From positions 12,164 through 76,163 of the forward strand of contig JAGVGJ010000001.1 of NCBI GenBank assembly GCA_020057115.1: a DNA stretch of 64,000 bases, written 5' to 3'. Numbering within the stretch: the stretch's first letter is position 1; every line of letters begins with the position of its first letter. Under the pieces are notes generated by a model. The model had not been told where the DNA came from. It saw only the letters and a program-made list of their open reading frames with translations, and made no database searches. This document shows positions 6,850 to 17,216 of this stretch, piece after piece. Source of the stretch: Candidatus Omnitrophota bacterium. Its GTDB lineage: Bacteria > Omnitrophota > Gorgyraeia > 2-01-FULL-45-10. The position numbers were made by a program, and so were the translations under genes.

Positions 6850-8433
6850 GTGAAGGTAAGGCGCGCGCTTATAAGCGTTTCGGATAAGGCCGGACTTGAA
6901 GAGCTGGTCAAGGCATTGAATAAATTCAATGTCGAGATACTTTCAACGGGCGGGACCGCAAAGGCCATAAGGGCGCTTGATATACCGGTTAAGGATGTTT
7001 CGGAATATACCGGGTTCCCGGAGATGCTTGACGGAAGAGTAAAGACGCTTCATCCCAAGATACACGGCGGCCTATTGGCCCTAAGAGACTCTAAAGAGCA
7101 TATGGATACCGCCAAGAAGCATGATATCGGCATGATCGACATGGTCGTCGTCAATCTGTATCCATTCGAGAAAACCGTGGCAAAGCCAGGAGTGAAGCTC
7201 GAAGAGGCGATAGAGAATATAGATATAGGCGGGCCGTCCATGCTTAGGAGCGCGGCGAAGAATCACCGGTCTGTCTGCGTTATATGCGACCCGGCGGATT
7301 ACGGCAGGGTGATCGAAGAGCTGGAGAGGTCCGGCGGCAGCATGTCGGAAGCTCTTTTGACAGAGCTTGGGATCAAGGTGTTCGGCAGGACCGCAGAATA
7401 TGACGCGGCGATATATAATTATCTCACGAAAAATACGAGCCAGGGGCCAGGGGCCAGGGGCCAGGGTCCAGAAGAATTTCCAGAAGTACTGAGCCTGAGT
7501 TTCAAGAAGCTACAGGACTTAAGATACGGCGAGAATCCGCACCAGAAGGCCGCGTTCTATAGAGATGCCTCCATAAATGAATCGAGCGTAGCCGATTCCG
7601 TCCAGCTCCACGGAAAAGAGCTATCATTCAATAATATAATAGACCTTAATGCCGCGCTTGAGATCGTAAAAGAGTTCGACGAGCCGGCGGCCGCGATAAT
7701 AAAACACACAAACCCCTGCGGCGCAGCGACAGCAAAGACTTTAAAAGAAGCGTATCTCAATGCGCTCGACTGCGACCGCTTGAGCGCTTTTGGGAGCATA
7801 GTAGGGTTCAATAGAACCGTCGACATGGAACTTGCAAAAACGATACTGGAGGAGGCTGATTTCGTCGAATGCATGATCGCCCCGTCCTATGATGTAAAAG
7901 CCATCGAAGCGCTGAAGGTCAAAAAAAACCTGCGGCTTATCGAGGTGAAGAACTTTGCCGCAAAACCGTCCGGAAGCAATAAAGACATGAAGAAAGTCAC
8001 AGGCGGTCTTCTGGTGCAGGACAAGGATGCGGCGAGGATAAAGGAGCCCGATCTCAAGATAGTTACAAAGATCGCTCCCACGAAGGAAGAGATGCGCTCG
8101 CTCCTTTTCGGGTGGACCGTGGCAAAACATGTCAAGTCCAACGCGATAGTATTTTCCCAAGGCACTAAGACCATAGGCGTCGGCGCAGGCCAGATGTCGA
8201 GGGTCGACTCGGTGATGATAGCGGCAAAGAAAGCGGGATCCAGGGCCAAGGGCGCGACGCTGGCAAGCGACGCCTTCTTTCCGAAAGAGGATGGAGTTGA
8301 AGAGGCCGCCAGATCCGGCGTAAAAGCTATCATACAGCCCGGCGGGTCGATACGCGATAAAGAGGTCATCGCCTCAGCCGACAAGCTTGGCCTTGCGATG
8401 GTATTTACCGGCACCAGGCACTTCAAGCATTGA
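6850..8433 (+). CDS. purH: Bifunctional AICAR transformylase/IMP cyclohydrolase
   Basis: RALISVSDK, GRVKTLHP, LRYGENPHQ, GAGQMSRVDS, RHFKH motifs. Confidence 0.97.
   Translation: MKVRRALISVSDKAGLEELVKALNKFNVEILSTGGTAKAIRALDIPVKDVSEYTGFPEMLDGRVKTLHPKIHGGLLALRDSKEHMDTAKKHDIGMIDMVVVNLYPFEKTVAKPGVKLEEAIENIDIGGPSMLRSAAKNHRSVCVICDPADYGRVIEELERSGGSMSEALLTELGIKVFGRTAEYDAAIYNYLTKNTSQGPGARGQGPEEFPEVLSLSFKKLQDLRYGENPHQKAAFYRDASINESSVADSVQLHGKELSFNNIIDLNAALEIVKEFDEPAAAIIKHTNPCGAATAKTLKEAYLNALDCDRLSAFGSIVGFNRTVDMELAKTILEEADFVECMIAPSYDVKAIEALKVKKNLRLIEVKNFAAKPSGSNKDMKKVTGGLLVQDKDAARIKEPDLKIVTKIAPTKEEMRSLLFGWTVAKHVKSNAIVFSQGTKTIGVGAGQMSRVDSVMIAAKKAGSRAKGATLASDAFFPKEDGVEEAARSGVKAIIQPGGSIRDKEVIASADKLGLAMVFTGTRHFKH
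7440..7471 (+). repeat. In-frame heptamer array (GGGGCCA)n in the purH interdomain linker
   Basis: ccaggggccaggggccaggggccagggtccag, encoding QGPGARGQGP. Confidence 0.85.
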
Positions 8434-9743
8434 TGGACTATCCTCAAGTATTAGCATACCTAGAGTCATTCATCGACCACGAAAAGAATACCTCCTATAA
8501 CTACAATTCTTCTTTTAAGCTCGAAAGGATGATGCGTTTTGCGGCGCTCCTCGGCGATCCGCAGAAAGGCATAAAGAGCATCCATGTCGCAGGCACCAAA
8601 GGCAAGGGCTCGACGGCGGCATTCATCCATTCCATATTGGGAAAGGCCGGATATAGGACAGGCCTCTATACCTCGCCGCATCTATTATCTTTCCGCGAGC
8701 GGATAAGGATAGGAGACTCGCTGATAAGCGAGGATGACATGGCAAGGATGATCGAAGGGATGAGACCAACTATCGATCTTTTAAAAGGCGAACAGCGTCC
8801 AAGTTTCTTCGAGGTCTATACTGCGCTTGCGTATAAATATTTTAGAGAAAAGAATGTAGATTTTGCGGTATATGAGGTCGGCCTGGGAGGAAGGCTCGAT
8901 GCCACTAACATAATAGAGCCTTTGGTATCCGTCATAACGCCTGTAAGTTACGAGCATATGGATAAACTCGGCAGCACATTGTCGCAGATAGCGTCAGAAA
9001 AGGCGGGGATAGTGAAGCATGGGATCCCTTGCGTCTCGGCTCCTCAGGAAAAAGAAGCGCTCGGCACCATCGAAAAGATATGTCAAGAGCGCTCGTCTCC
9101 GCTGGCAGTCGTCGGGAGAGATATAAATTTTAAGGAGATCGGAGCCGACGACACCGGCGAGACATTCAACGTGACAGGTATTGGCGGAAGAAGATATGCC
9201 GGCCTTAAAACATCGCTCATAGGCTCGCATCAGGTGGTGAATGCGGCTACCGCCATCGGAGCCATTGAAATACTGGAGACCTCCGGCATAAAGATCGCTC
9301 AGGATGCAGTAAGAGACGGCGTGGCCGGCGCAAGATGGGACGGGAGGCTTCAGGTGGTGGAAAGAAAGCCGCTTGTAGTATTGGACGGCGCGCAGAACCG
9401 CGCGAGCGCGGCAGTCGTCAGGAATTCAGTAAAGAAGATATTCAAATTCAGGAAACTTGCGCTCATCCTCGGCATATCAAAAGACAAAGATATCCCCGGC
9501 ATACTTGAAGAGCTCTTGCCGATAGCCGACTCCGTAATACTGACGAAATCAAGCGTCAAAGAGAGGGCGGCCGAGCCCGCTTTTATCATGGGGCTTATGG
9601 GCCCGAGGAGCGCTGTCTCTACGTCATCCGTAGAAGAGGCTTTAAAGGTCGCCAGGTCTAATGTATCGCCCGAAGACATGATCCTGGTAGCCGGGTCATT
9701 GTTCGTCGTGGGGGATGCATTAAAATTATTGAGTAAAACATAA
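8430..9743 (+). CDS. folC: Folylpolyglutamate synthase/dihydrofolate synthase
   Basis: HVAGTKGKGS, YTSPHL, EVGLGGRLDATN motifs. Confidence 0.95.
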   Translation: MMDYPQVLAYLESFIDHEKNTSYNYNSSFKLERMMRFAALLGDPQKGIKSIHVAGTKGKGSTAAFIHSILGKAGYRTGLYTSPHLLSFRERIRIGDSLISEDDMARMIEGMRPTIDLLKGEQRPSFFEVYTALAYKYFREKNVDFAVYEVGLGGRLDATNIIEPLVSVITPVSYEHMDKLGSTLSQIASEKAGIVKHGIPCVSAPQEKEALGTIEKICQERSSPLAVVGRDINFKEIGADDTGETFNVTGIGGRRYAGLKTSLIGSHQVVNAATAIGAIEILETSGIKIAQDAVRDGVAGARWDGRLQVVERKPLVVLDGAQNRASAAVVRNSVKKIFKFRKLALILGISKDKDIPGILEELLPIADSVILTKSSVKERAAEPAFIMGLMGPRSAVSTSSVEEALKVARSNVSPEDMILVAGSLFVVGDALKLLSKT

Positions 9744-9744
9744 T

Positions 9745-11181
9745 ATGATCGATCGCAATAATACCGAAGATACTATAGCAGCGATATCGTCTCCTATCGG
9801 CGAGGGCGGGATAGGCATAGTCCGCCTGAGCGGTCCGGGAGCGCGCGATATCGCTGATAAGATATTCCTGTCTAAAATCGGCAAGAAACCGTCGACATTC
9901 AAATCACATACCATGCATTATGGCCATATCGTTTCCACCCCGGACCCCGGACCCCGGCCCCTGGAACCTGGAACCTGGACCCTGGACCCTAAGATCATCG
10001 ACGAAGTCCTCCTGACCGTTATGCGCGCCCCGAAGACATATACGAAAGAGGATATAGTCGAGATAAACTGCCATGGCGGCATCCAGGCGCTCGGAGATGT
10101 CCTGGACCTTTGTATCAAAAGGGGCGCGCGGGTAGCAGAGCCAGGCGAATTCACCAGGAGGGCATTCATTAACGGCAGGATAGACCTGGCGCAGGCGGAG
10201 GCAGTCATCGACACTATACGCGCAAAGACCGAAGGCTCCCTTTCGGTAGCCATGAGCCAGCTCGAAGGCGAGCTTTCAGGAAAAATAAACGCATTGCGGG
10301 ATAAGATCATAGGTATAGCCTCGCACGTCGAAGCATCGATAGATTTTCCGGAAGAAGAGCTGGATTTATTCACTGAAGAGACGCTCAAGAGAGTGGGCGA
10401 GGCATTGGTCGAGCTGAAGGGCCTTATAGACTCATCTCGTGAAGGCATGATATTCAGGGATGGCATCCTCGCAGTGATATGCGGCAAGCCCAATGCCGGC
10501 AAATCTAGCCTCATGAACCTCCTTCTTAAAAGGGACAGGGTGATAGTGACCCCGATACCGGGGACTACGCGCGATGCCGTGGAGGAGATGATAAATTTAA
10601 AAGGCATACCGATAAGGCTTGTCGATACCGCAGGGATAGCTGACACCAAAGATGTCATTGAAAAAGAAGGCATGAGGCGATCTAAAAACTATCTCGACAG
10701 GTCTGACGTCGCGCTTCTGGTGTTGGATGGCTCGACTGAGCTGGACAGGGAGGACCTGGATATAATAAAATTGGTAGAGAAAAAGAAAAAAGTTGTTATA
10801 ATAAACAAGACAGACCTGTCTCCCGCAATAAGTGCAAAAGATGTGAAGGCGTATTTTAAGGACGAGCATATAATCGAGATATCTGTCGAAAAGAGAAAGA
10901 ATATAGACGTCCTTGAAAAAGCGATCGTGGATCTGGTGTGGAGCGGCCGCGTCCATGATAAAGAGCATGCGATAGTCGCAAATACAAGGCATAAGGCGCT
11001 CATCGAAAAGGCCTATAATAATATGGGCGCCGTCAAAAAGGCGATGGATAAAGGCTCCTGGCCGGAACTTGTTTCGATAGACCTCAAAGAAGCGGTCTTT
11101 AACCTTGGTCTGGTGGTCGGGAAATCAGTGTCGGACGATATATTGAATAAGATATTCGAACAATTCTGCATAGGAAAGTAG
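9745..11181 (+). CDS. mnmE: tRNA modification GTPase MnmE
   Basis: DTIAAIS, GKPNAGKSS, GTTRD, DTAG motifs; C-terminal FCIGK. Confidence 0.97.
   Translation: MIDRNNTEDTIAAISSPIGEGGIGIVRLSGPGARDIADKIFLSKIGKKPSTFKSHTMHYGHIVSTPDPGPRPLEPGTWTLDPKIIDEVLLTVMRAPKTYTKEDIVEINCHGGIQALGDVLDLCIKRGARVAEPGEFTRRAFINGRIDLAQAEAVIDTIRAKTEGSLSVAMSQLEGELSGKINALRDKIIGIASHVEASIDFPEEELDLFTEETLKRVGEALVELKGLIDSSREGMIFRDGILAVICGKPNAGKSSLMNLLLKRDRVIVTPIPGTTRDAVEEMINLKGIPIRLVDTAGIADTKDVIEKEGMRRSKNYLDRSDVALLVLDGSTELDREDLDIIKLVEKKKKVVIINKTDLSPAISAKDVKAYFKDEHIIEISVEKRKNIDVLEKAIVDLVWSGRVHDKEHAIVANTRHKALIEKAYNNMGAVKKAMDKGSWPELVSIDLKEAVFNLGLVVGKSVSDDILNKIFEQFCIGK
9937..9990 (-). repeat. In-frame heptamer array (TGGACCC)n in mnmE
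   Basis: About 8 units accccgg/aacctgg/accctgg encoding TPDPGPRPLEPGTWTLDP between HYGHIV and IIDEV. Confidence 0.85.
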
Positions 11182-11190
11182 AGGAGAGCC

Positions 11191-11748
11191 ATGGATAAGC
11201 CGAAGATAGAAAAGGCCGTAAGGGACATATTGATAGCCGTCGGCGAGGACCCGAAACGGCATGACATAAAGGATACGCCCAGGCGCGTTGCCGAGATGTA
11301 TGAGGAGATCCTCGGAGGCAAGAAGATAAATCCAGAGAAAGAGCTTGAGGTGGTATTCGAGAAAGACCATGACGAGATAATACTCTTAAAGAACATACCG
11401 CTCTATTCCGTATGCGAGCACCACCTGCTTCCATTCATCGGGAAGGCGCATGTCGCTTATATCCCCAAAGACAACAGGGTGACGGGCTTGAGCAAGCTCG
11501 CAAGAGTGGTAGACGCCTATTCAAGGCGCCTGCAGGTCCAGGAGCGCCTTACTACCGATATAGCGGAACTTATCATGAGAAAGCTTAAGCCGGCGGGGGT
11601 CCTCGTGGTGATCGAGGCAGAGCATCTGTGCATGTCTATGCGCGGGGTGAAGAAACCCGGGGTTGTCACGATAACGAGCGCTGTCCGCGGCGTCTTCAGG
11701 AAGAATGAGAAGACCCGGTCAGAGGCGCTCGCCCTGATAAGAGGGTAG
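11191..11748 (+). CDS. folE: GTP cyclohydrolase I
   Basis: [36 protein letters not shown] motifs. Confidence 0.97.
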   Translation: MDKPKIEKAVRDILIAVGEDPKRHDIKDTPRRVAEMYEEILGGKKINPEKELEVVFEKDHDEIILLKNIPLYSVCEHHLLPFIGKAHVAYIPKDNRVTGLSKLARVVDAYSRRLQVQERLTTDIAELIMRKLKPAGVLVVIEAEHLCMSMRGVKKPGVVTITSAVRGVFRKNEKTRSEALALIRG

Positions 11749-11815
11749 TCTTAAAGCTTCCGCTATTAGTATTGAATAATCTACAATATTATAATATAAT
11801 ACAAAACTACCCTAT

Positions 11816-12274
11816 ATGAACAAAAATGTCAATTATTTGATAGATTTACTCAATAACGGCATATTCTGGACATCCTTTGCTTCCTGGCTGATAGCGCAGT
11901 CGATAAAGGTCGTGCTGGGCTGTTTCAGGGAGAAACGTTTCAATTTCCGGTGGTTTGTCGGGACCGGAGGGATGCCCAGCGCGCATGCGGCAGGCGTTTC
12001 GGCGCTAGCCACTTCCGTAGGCGTGACATTCGGTCTTGATTCGGCTCTATTCGCCATAACGCTCATATTTGCTTCTATAGTCATGTTCGACGCCCAGGGT
12101 GTCAGGCTTAATGCCGGCAAGCAGGCGGAGATCCTGAACAAGATGCTCGATGACATATACTGGAAGAAGAAGCTCGATGAAGATAAGCTGAAAGAGTTCC
12201 TCGGGCATACGCCTATCGAAGTATGGGCCGGCACTGTCCTCGGCATAATGGTTTCGCTCCTTCTCTATAAATAA
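11816..12274 (+). CDS. Divergent PAP2 family protein (DUF212)
   Basis: GGMPSAH, DAQGVR, LGHTPIEV motifs. Confidence 0.9.
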   Translation: MNKNVNYLIDLLNNGIFWTSFASWLIAQSIKVVLGCFREKRFNFRWFVGTGGMPSAHAAGVSALATSVGVTFGLDSALFAITLIFASIVMFDAQGVRLNAGKQAEILNKMLDDIYWKKKLDEDKLKEFLGHTPIEVWAGTVLGIMVSLLLYK

Positions 12275-12286
12275 GGGACTTAAAGC

Positions 12287-13165
12287 TTGATCGGAAAGAG
12301 AATAGTAATATTGGTTATCGGCATTGCGGCCGCAGCGCTCATTGTCTTTGCAGCTTATCAGATCTTTGCGAGTCTTAAAGGCCTGCCAAAAGTGGCGATG
12401 GGAGATGACCAGAAGGCGGTGGCTAGCCTGCGGGAGATAGCTGAAAGAGATCCCGGCTCCCGCAAGGCAGAGAAGGCTCTGTGCAGGCTGGCGTCCATAT
12501 ATGAGAGACGCGGTAATCTGGTCGGTGCCAGGGACGTCTACCAGAAGCTGATCGACATATACCCGGATTCGAAGGATGTAGCGAAGGCCGAAGCCAGGCG
12601 CGCGGAGCTCAATATCAAGCTACTCTTTTCTCCGCTGCTTACGGATGACTCTATAGAATATAATATCCAGCGCGGAGATACGCTCAGCAAGATAGCTCGG
12701 CGTTTCGGAACGACGGTCGACCTGATAGTAAGGGCGAATGGCCTCACCAGCACCAATATCATGGCTGGCCACCCCCTGAAGGTCCAGAAGGCCAGGATGA
12801 GCATCCTGGTGGACAAGTCCCAGAACACGCTGACGCTGAAGACAGACAACAGGATCATAAAGACATACAGGGTGTCAACGGGGGCCAATAATTCAACTCC
12901 TGTCGGGACATTTAAGATCACCGATAAGCTGAAGGACCCGGTGTGGTATACCACCGGCGCCGTGGTCCCGCCGGGAAGCCCGAAGAACATACTCGGGACA
13001 AGGTGGCTCGGCATATCGAAAGAGAGCTACGGCATACACGGCACTACGGACCCCGGAGCTATAGGAAAGAGCGTCACTTCGGGTTGCGTCAGGATGACCA
13101 ATCCCGAAGCCGAGGAGCTCTATGTCATAGTGCCCGAGGGGATGGAAGTAGTCATAGTAGATTAG
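12287..13165 (+). CDS. L,D-transpeptidase (TM anchor, TPR-like region, LysM, YkuD)
   Basis: LysM GDTLSKIARRFG; YkuD TPVGTF, YGIHGT..SGCVRM. Confidence 0.9.
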   Translation: MIGKRIVILVIGIAAAALIVFAAYQIFASLKGLPKVAMGDDQKAVASLREIAERDPGSRKAEKALCRLASIYERRGNLVGARDVYQKLIDIYPDSKDVAKAEARRAELNIKLLFSPLLTDDSIEYNIQRGDTLSKIARRFGTTVDLIVRANGLTSTNIMAGHPLKVQKARMSILVDKSQNTLTLKTDNRIIKTYRVSTGANNSTPVGTFKITDKLKDPVWYTTGAVVPPGSPKNILGTRWLGISKESYGIHGTTDPGAIGKSVTSGCVRMTNPEAEELYVIVPEGMEVVIVD

Positions 13166-13186
13166 CATATTTAACGGAGCATATCG

Positions 13187-14146
13187 ATGGCGAACATGAT
13201 AGGGTTGGATTTCGAAAAACCCATAGTTGAACTCGAGAGAAAGATAGAAGAGCTAAGAGGCCTCGGAGTCGACCAGGAGATAGATCTTTCCGGAGAGATA
13301 AAGAGGCTTGAGAATAAGCTCGAGAACATAAAAAAAGATGTCTACGATACCCTGACCCCGTGGCAGCGCGTTCAGATAGCGCGTCACCCGAAGAGGCCGT
13401 ACACCCTGGATTACATAGAGATGATGATGACGGACTTTATGGAGATACACGGCGACAGGCATTTCGGAGACGATAAGGCCATCATCTGCGGTCTGGCCAA
13501 GATAGGCAATGAGAAGGTGGTGGTCATAGGCCACCAGAAGGGCAGGGACACCAAAGAGAACCTGATAAGATCGTTCGGCAGCGCGCATCCGGAAGGATAC
13601 AGGAAGGCCATGCGCATCATGAGGATGGCCGAGAAGTATGAGCTGCCCGTGATAGTCTTCATCGATACGCCGGGGGCATATCCGGGCATAGGAGCCGAAG
13701 AACGCGGCCAGGCTGAGGCGATAGCGTATAACCTGCGCGAGATGTCCACGATAAAGACCCCGATAATATGTTTCGTCATAGGCGAGGGCGGTTCGGGGGG
13801 CGCTCTCGGCATAGGGATCGGCGACAAGATATATGTCCTCGATAACGCTTACTATTCCGTCATCTCTCCCGAAGGTTGCGCGGCCATCCTCTGGAAAGAG
13901 CGGTCGAGGTCTCCAGACGCCGCCAAGTCGCTTAAACTTACCGCCAAAGATCTTTTAGAGCTTAAATTGATAGACGGCATAATAAAAGAGCCGCTTGGCG
14001 GGGCGCACAGGAACCCGCAGGAGACAGCCGAGAACATAAAGGCCGCCATCAAAAAAGAACTTGCTTCTTTTAAGAGCGTAGGTAAAGACAAACTGATAGA
14101 GTCAAGATATGATAAATTTAGGTCGATCGGGGTTTTTAAAGAATAA
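13187..14146 (+). CDS. accA: Acetyl-CoA carboxylase carboxyltransferase alpha subunit
   Basis: [29 protein letters not shown] motifs. Confidence 0.97.
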   Translation: MANMIGLDFEKPIVELERKIEELRGLGVDQEIDLSGEIKRLENKLENIKKDVYDTLTPWQRVQIARHPKRPYTLDYIEMMMTDFMEIHGDRHFGDDKAIICGLAKIGNEKVVVIGHQKGRDTKENLIRSFGSAHPEGYRKAMRIMRMAEKYELPVIVFIDTPGAYPGIGAEERGQAEAIAYNLREMSTIKTPIICFVIGEGGSGGALGIGIGDKIYVLDNAYYSVISPEGCAAILWKERSRSPDAAKSLKLTAKDLLELKLIDGIIKEPLGGAHRNPQETAENIKAAIKKELASFKSVGKDKLIESRYDKFRSIGVFKE

Positions 14147-14558
14147 TAAAGACAGGGCTGGGGCGATAATCATAAAGATCCCAAGCGAGATAAAGTTATT
14201 GAGGAACGTATCGTCCGAGATACTGGAGAGCCTTGCGCCTTATAAGATGGAAGACGCGGCGCTTTTCGATATCAGGCTGTGTATCGAGGAGGCTGTCAGG
14301 AATGCCATCGTCCACGGCAATAATTGCGACAAGAACCGTGACGTGGAGGTCTCTTACGTGGTCGAGCACGATAAGCTCATAATAGAAGTTGCCGACCAGG
14401 GGAAAGGGTTCGACCATAAGCATCTGCCGGATCCCACGGTAGAGGATAATATTACCAGAAATAACGGGCGCGGAGTCTACCTGATAAAGCGCCTTATGGA
14501 TATAGTTGAATATAATGAAAGCGGGAACAGGCTAAAGATGGTAAAATATCTCAAGTGA
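14109..14558 (+). CDS. RsbW/SpoIIAB-like anti-sigma factor Ser kinase (HATPase_c_2); start uncertain
   Basis: [12 protein letters not shown]-box, DQGKGFD G1 box, GRGVYLI G2 box. Confidence 0.88.
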   Translation: MINLGRSGFLKNNKDRAGAIIIKIPSEIKLLRNVSSEILESLAPYKMEDAALFDIRLCIEEAVRNAIVHGNNCDKNRDVEVSYVVEHDKLIIEVADQGKGFDHKHLPDPTVEDNITRNNGRGVYLIKRLMDIVEYNESGNRLKMVKYLK

Positions 14559-14578
14559 TAACCTAAAGGGAGACGACC

Positions 14579-14914
14579 ATGGCGGTAAAGACTGAGCAGA
14601 AGAACGGATTGGCTGTATGCCATGTCGAGGGCGAGATCGACATAAATACGGCCCCTGACATAAAGAAGGCTTTCGATAAGCTGATAGGGAAGAAGGAGCC
14701 GCGGGTGGTGATAAATCTCGCAAAGGTGACCTATGTCGATTCGTCCGGCCTCGCGACCCTTGTAGAGATCCTGAAGAACATGAGGTCTTACGGCGGCAAG
14801 ATGAAGCTTTCTAACATGTCCCCGAAGATAAAGAGCCTTTTCGAGATAACGAAACTCGAAAAGCTCTTTGACATAGCCGTAAGCGAAGAAGACGCCATTT
14901 CAAAATTCGTATAA
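14579..14914 (+). CDS. STAS-domain anti-sigma antagonist (RsbV/SpoIIAA-like; positionally MlaB-like)
   Basis: GEIDINTAP and YVDSSGLATL with the phospho-acceptor Ser. Confidence 0.9.
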   Translation: MAVKTEQKNGLAVCHVEGEIDINTAPDIKKAFDKLIGKKEPRVVINLAKVTYVDSSGLATLVEILKNMRSYGGKMKLSNMSPKIKSLFEITKLEKLFDIAVSEEDAISKFV

Positions 14915-14929
14915 GGAAATGACCATATA

Positions 14930-15724
14930 ATGGACTTTATCGAAAACATAGGAAGGACAGTACTTGACACCTTCAGGGCCACAAGGGATGTCATGGCGCT
15001 GTTATTCGAAACTCTATACTGGCTCGTCATGGGGCCCTTCAAGAAAAAATTCTCCAAGCGCGAAGGCATATTCACTCAGATGGCATATGCCGGCGTAGAT
15101 TCGGTCATCATCGCCTTCTTCGTCTCATTCTTCACCGGGGTCGTCATAGCCATGCAGTCCGCTTACCAGCTCCAGAGGTTTGGCGCAAACATCTACGTGG
15201 CGCCGATGGTCGCTATAAGCATCGCAAGGGAGCTCGGGCCCGTATTGACGTCGCTTGTCGTCGCAGGAAGGGTCGGGGCAGCTATCACCGCAGAGCTCGG
15301 GACCATGAAGGTCTCCGAGCAGATAGAGGCGCTCGATACGATGGCGCTTAATCCTATAAGGTTCCTCGTAGTGCCGCGTTTTCTGGCGCTCTTGATCATG
15401 CTTCCGTGTCTTGTCATGTTCTCGGACCTCATGGGAATAATGGGAGGATTTTTGGTAGGCGTTTTTAACCTTCGCCTTAATCCATACAGGTATATCACAT
15501 TCTCTTTCCAATTCATGGTCTGGAAGGATGTCTGGACAGGCCTCGTGAAGAGCGCGGTCTTCGCCATGATAATAACTATGGTCGGATGCTATATGGGGCT
15601 TAAGACTAAGGGCGGGGCGGAGGGCGTCGGCAAATCAACGACAGCGAGCGTCGTCACAAGTTTCATATTGATAATATTGTTTGATTCGATATTGACGTGC
15701 GTGTTCTATTTCTTCAATACATAA
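14930..15724 (+). CDS. mlaE: MlaE-family ABC permease
   Basis: RELGPVLT, AELGTMKVSEQIEAL, GGAEGVG motifs. Confidence 0.92.
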   Translation: MDFIENIGRTVLDTFRATRDVMALLFETLYWLVMGPFKKKFSKREGIFTQMAYAGVDSVIIAFFVSFFTGVVIAMQSAYQLQRFGANIYVAPMVAISIARELGPVLTSLVVAGRVGAAITAELGTMKVSEQIEALDTMALNPIRFLVVPRFLALLIMLPCLVMFSDLMGIMGGFLVGVFNLRLNPYRYITFSFQFMVWKDVWTGLVKSAVFAMIITMVGCYMGLKTKGGAEGVGKSTTASVVTSFILIILFDSILTCVFYFFNT

Positions 15725-15728
15725 TAAT

Positions 15729-15759
15729 AGGGTCCAGGGGCCAGGGTCAAGGGTCCAGG
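15729..15759 (+). repeat. Intergenic heptamer array
   Basis: agggtccaggggccagggtcaagggtccagg. Confidence 0.85.
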
Positions 15760-15769
15760 ATGGAGCGAG

Positions 15770-16567
15770 ATGGAGAAGGAAGTCGTAATAAAAGCGAGTA
15801 ATGTAAAGAAGAAGTTCGGGGACAGGGCTATCCTTAACGGCATATCGCTTGAGATATACAGAGGCGAGACATTCGTCATAATGGGCGGTTCGGGCTGCGG
15901 GAAGTCGACGTTCCTGCGCCATGTGATCGGCGCGCTTAAGCCTGATTCCGGGTCCATACACCTCTTAGGTAAAGATATAAGCAAGCTAAACGAAGACGAT
16001 CTCGATAAAGTGAAGAAGCGCATAGGCATGTGTTTTCAGTCCTCGGCCCTGTTCGACTCGATGACGGTAGGCGAGAACGTAGCCCTCGCCTTAAAAGAAC
16101 ATACAAAGCTCGACAAGTCCGTTATAGATATAGTGGTCAAGATGAAGCTTGAGATGGTGGGCTTGAGGGGTTTCGAGGACTTGATGCCGAGCCAGCTTTC
16201 CGGAGGCATGAGAAAGAGGGTGGGCCTGGCGCGCGCGATAGCCATGGACCCGGAGATAGTCTTCTATGACGAGCCTACGGCGGGGCTTGATCCGATAGTC
16301 GCCGGGGTCATCGACAAACTCATAATTGACCTTTCGAAGAAGCTTGCGATAACGAGCGTCGTCGTGACGCATGACATGAAGAGCGTGTTTTCGATAGCCG
16401 ACAGGGTCGCGATGCTTTACGAAGGCAAGGTCCTCGAGGTGGGGACGCCTGCCGAGATAAAGGCGTCGAAGAACGCCATGGTACAGCAGTTCGTGAACGG
16501 CTCGCCTGACGGGCCGATAAGGTTCTTCCAGCAGAAGGACGATTACATAGAGCAGTTGCTTAAATAG
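15770..16567 (+). CDS. mlaF: MlaF-family ABC ATPase
   Basis: GGSGCGKS, LSGGMRKRVGLARA, YDEPTAGLDP motifs. Confidence 0.92.
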   Translation: MEKEVVIKASNVKKKFGDRAILNGISLEIYRGETFVIMGGSGCGKSTFLRHVIGALKPDSGSIHLLGKDISKLNEDDLDKVKKRIGMCFQSSALFDSMTVGENVALALKEHTKLDKSVIDIVVKMKLEMVGLRGFEDLMPSQLSGGMRKRVGLARAIAMDPEIVFYDEPTAGLDPIVAGVIDKLIIDLSKKLAITSVVVTHDMKSVFSIADRVAMLYEGKVLEVGTPAEIKASKNAMVQQFVNGSPDGPIRFFQQKDDYIEQLLK

Positions 16568-16587
16568 AAAACCCAAGGAGAATATCT

Positions 16588-17205
16588 ATGAAGATTACCA
16601 ATGAGCTTAAGACCGGCGCGGTGGTAGTGGCTGCCGTACTGGTCGGGGTGCTGTTCTGGTTCAAGACCGCGAACTTCAGCGCAAAACCCTATCGTGTTAA
16701 GACGTATTTCAATTTTGCAGACGGGATAAAACTGAACACCATCGTGAAGCTTTCGGGCGTTGACGCCGGGAGGGTGGAGAACATAAAGTTTAACTATGAT
16801 CCTGAGACCCGAGTAGAGTTGACGCTTTTGGTGGAAAAGGAAGCAAGGATCCACGAAGATTCCATAGCATACATCGCTACTTCCGGCCTTGTGGGAGATA
16901 CATATGTTGGGCTCACCCCGGGCTCGGCCGATAAGCCGTTCGTAAAACCCGGATCATCGGTCGGAAGCGAAGACCCGATAGAGATGCGCAAACTTATGAA
17001 GAAGGCCGAGGCGATAGCCGATAATCTGGATAAGACGCTTATAGAGGTAAGGGAGCTTGCCGGCGGCCTCGGTGGGGTCGTCAAGGACAATAGGCCGCGC
17101 GTGGATAATATAGCCGTGAACCTCGAGCAGACGGCGATCAATTTTAAAGAGTTCAGCGACGATCTTAAGAAGCATCCCTGGAAACTGCTTTCAAAAGGCA
17201 AATAG
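16588..17205 (+). CDS. mlaD: MlaD/MCE-domain protein
   Basis: N-terminal TM helix, MCE domain (VKLSGVDAGRV..GLVGDTYVGLTPG), helical tail ending HPWKLL. Confidence 0.88.
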   Translation: MKITNELKTGAVVVAAVLVGVLFWFKTANFSAKPYRVKTYFNFADGIKLNTIVKLSGVDAGRVENIKFNYDPETRVELTLLVEKEARIHEDSIAYIATSGLVGDTYVGLTPGSADKPFVKPGSSVGSEDPIEMRKLMKKAEAIADNLDKTLIEVRELAGGLGGVVKDNRPRVDNIAVNLEQTAINFKEFSDDLKKHPWKLLSKGK

Positions 17206-17216
17206 CCCTTTTAAAG

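Noticed and set aside
6690-6850. ZMP/ZTP (pfl) riboswitch before purH
   Set aside because: The conserved GACTGGCG and CGCCTGGG pseudoknot motifs are not visible
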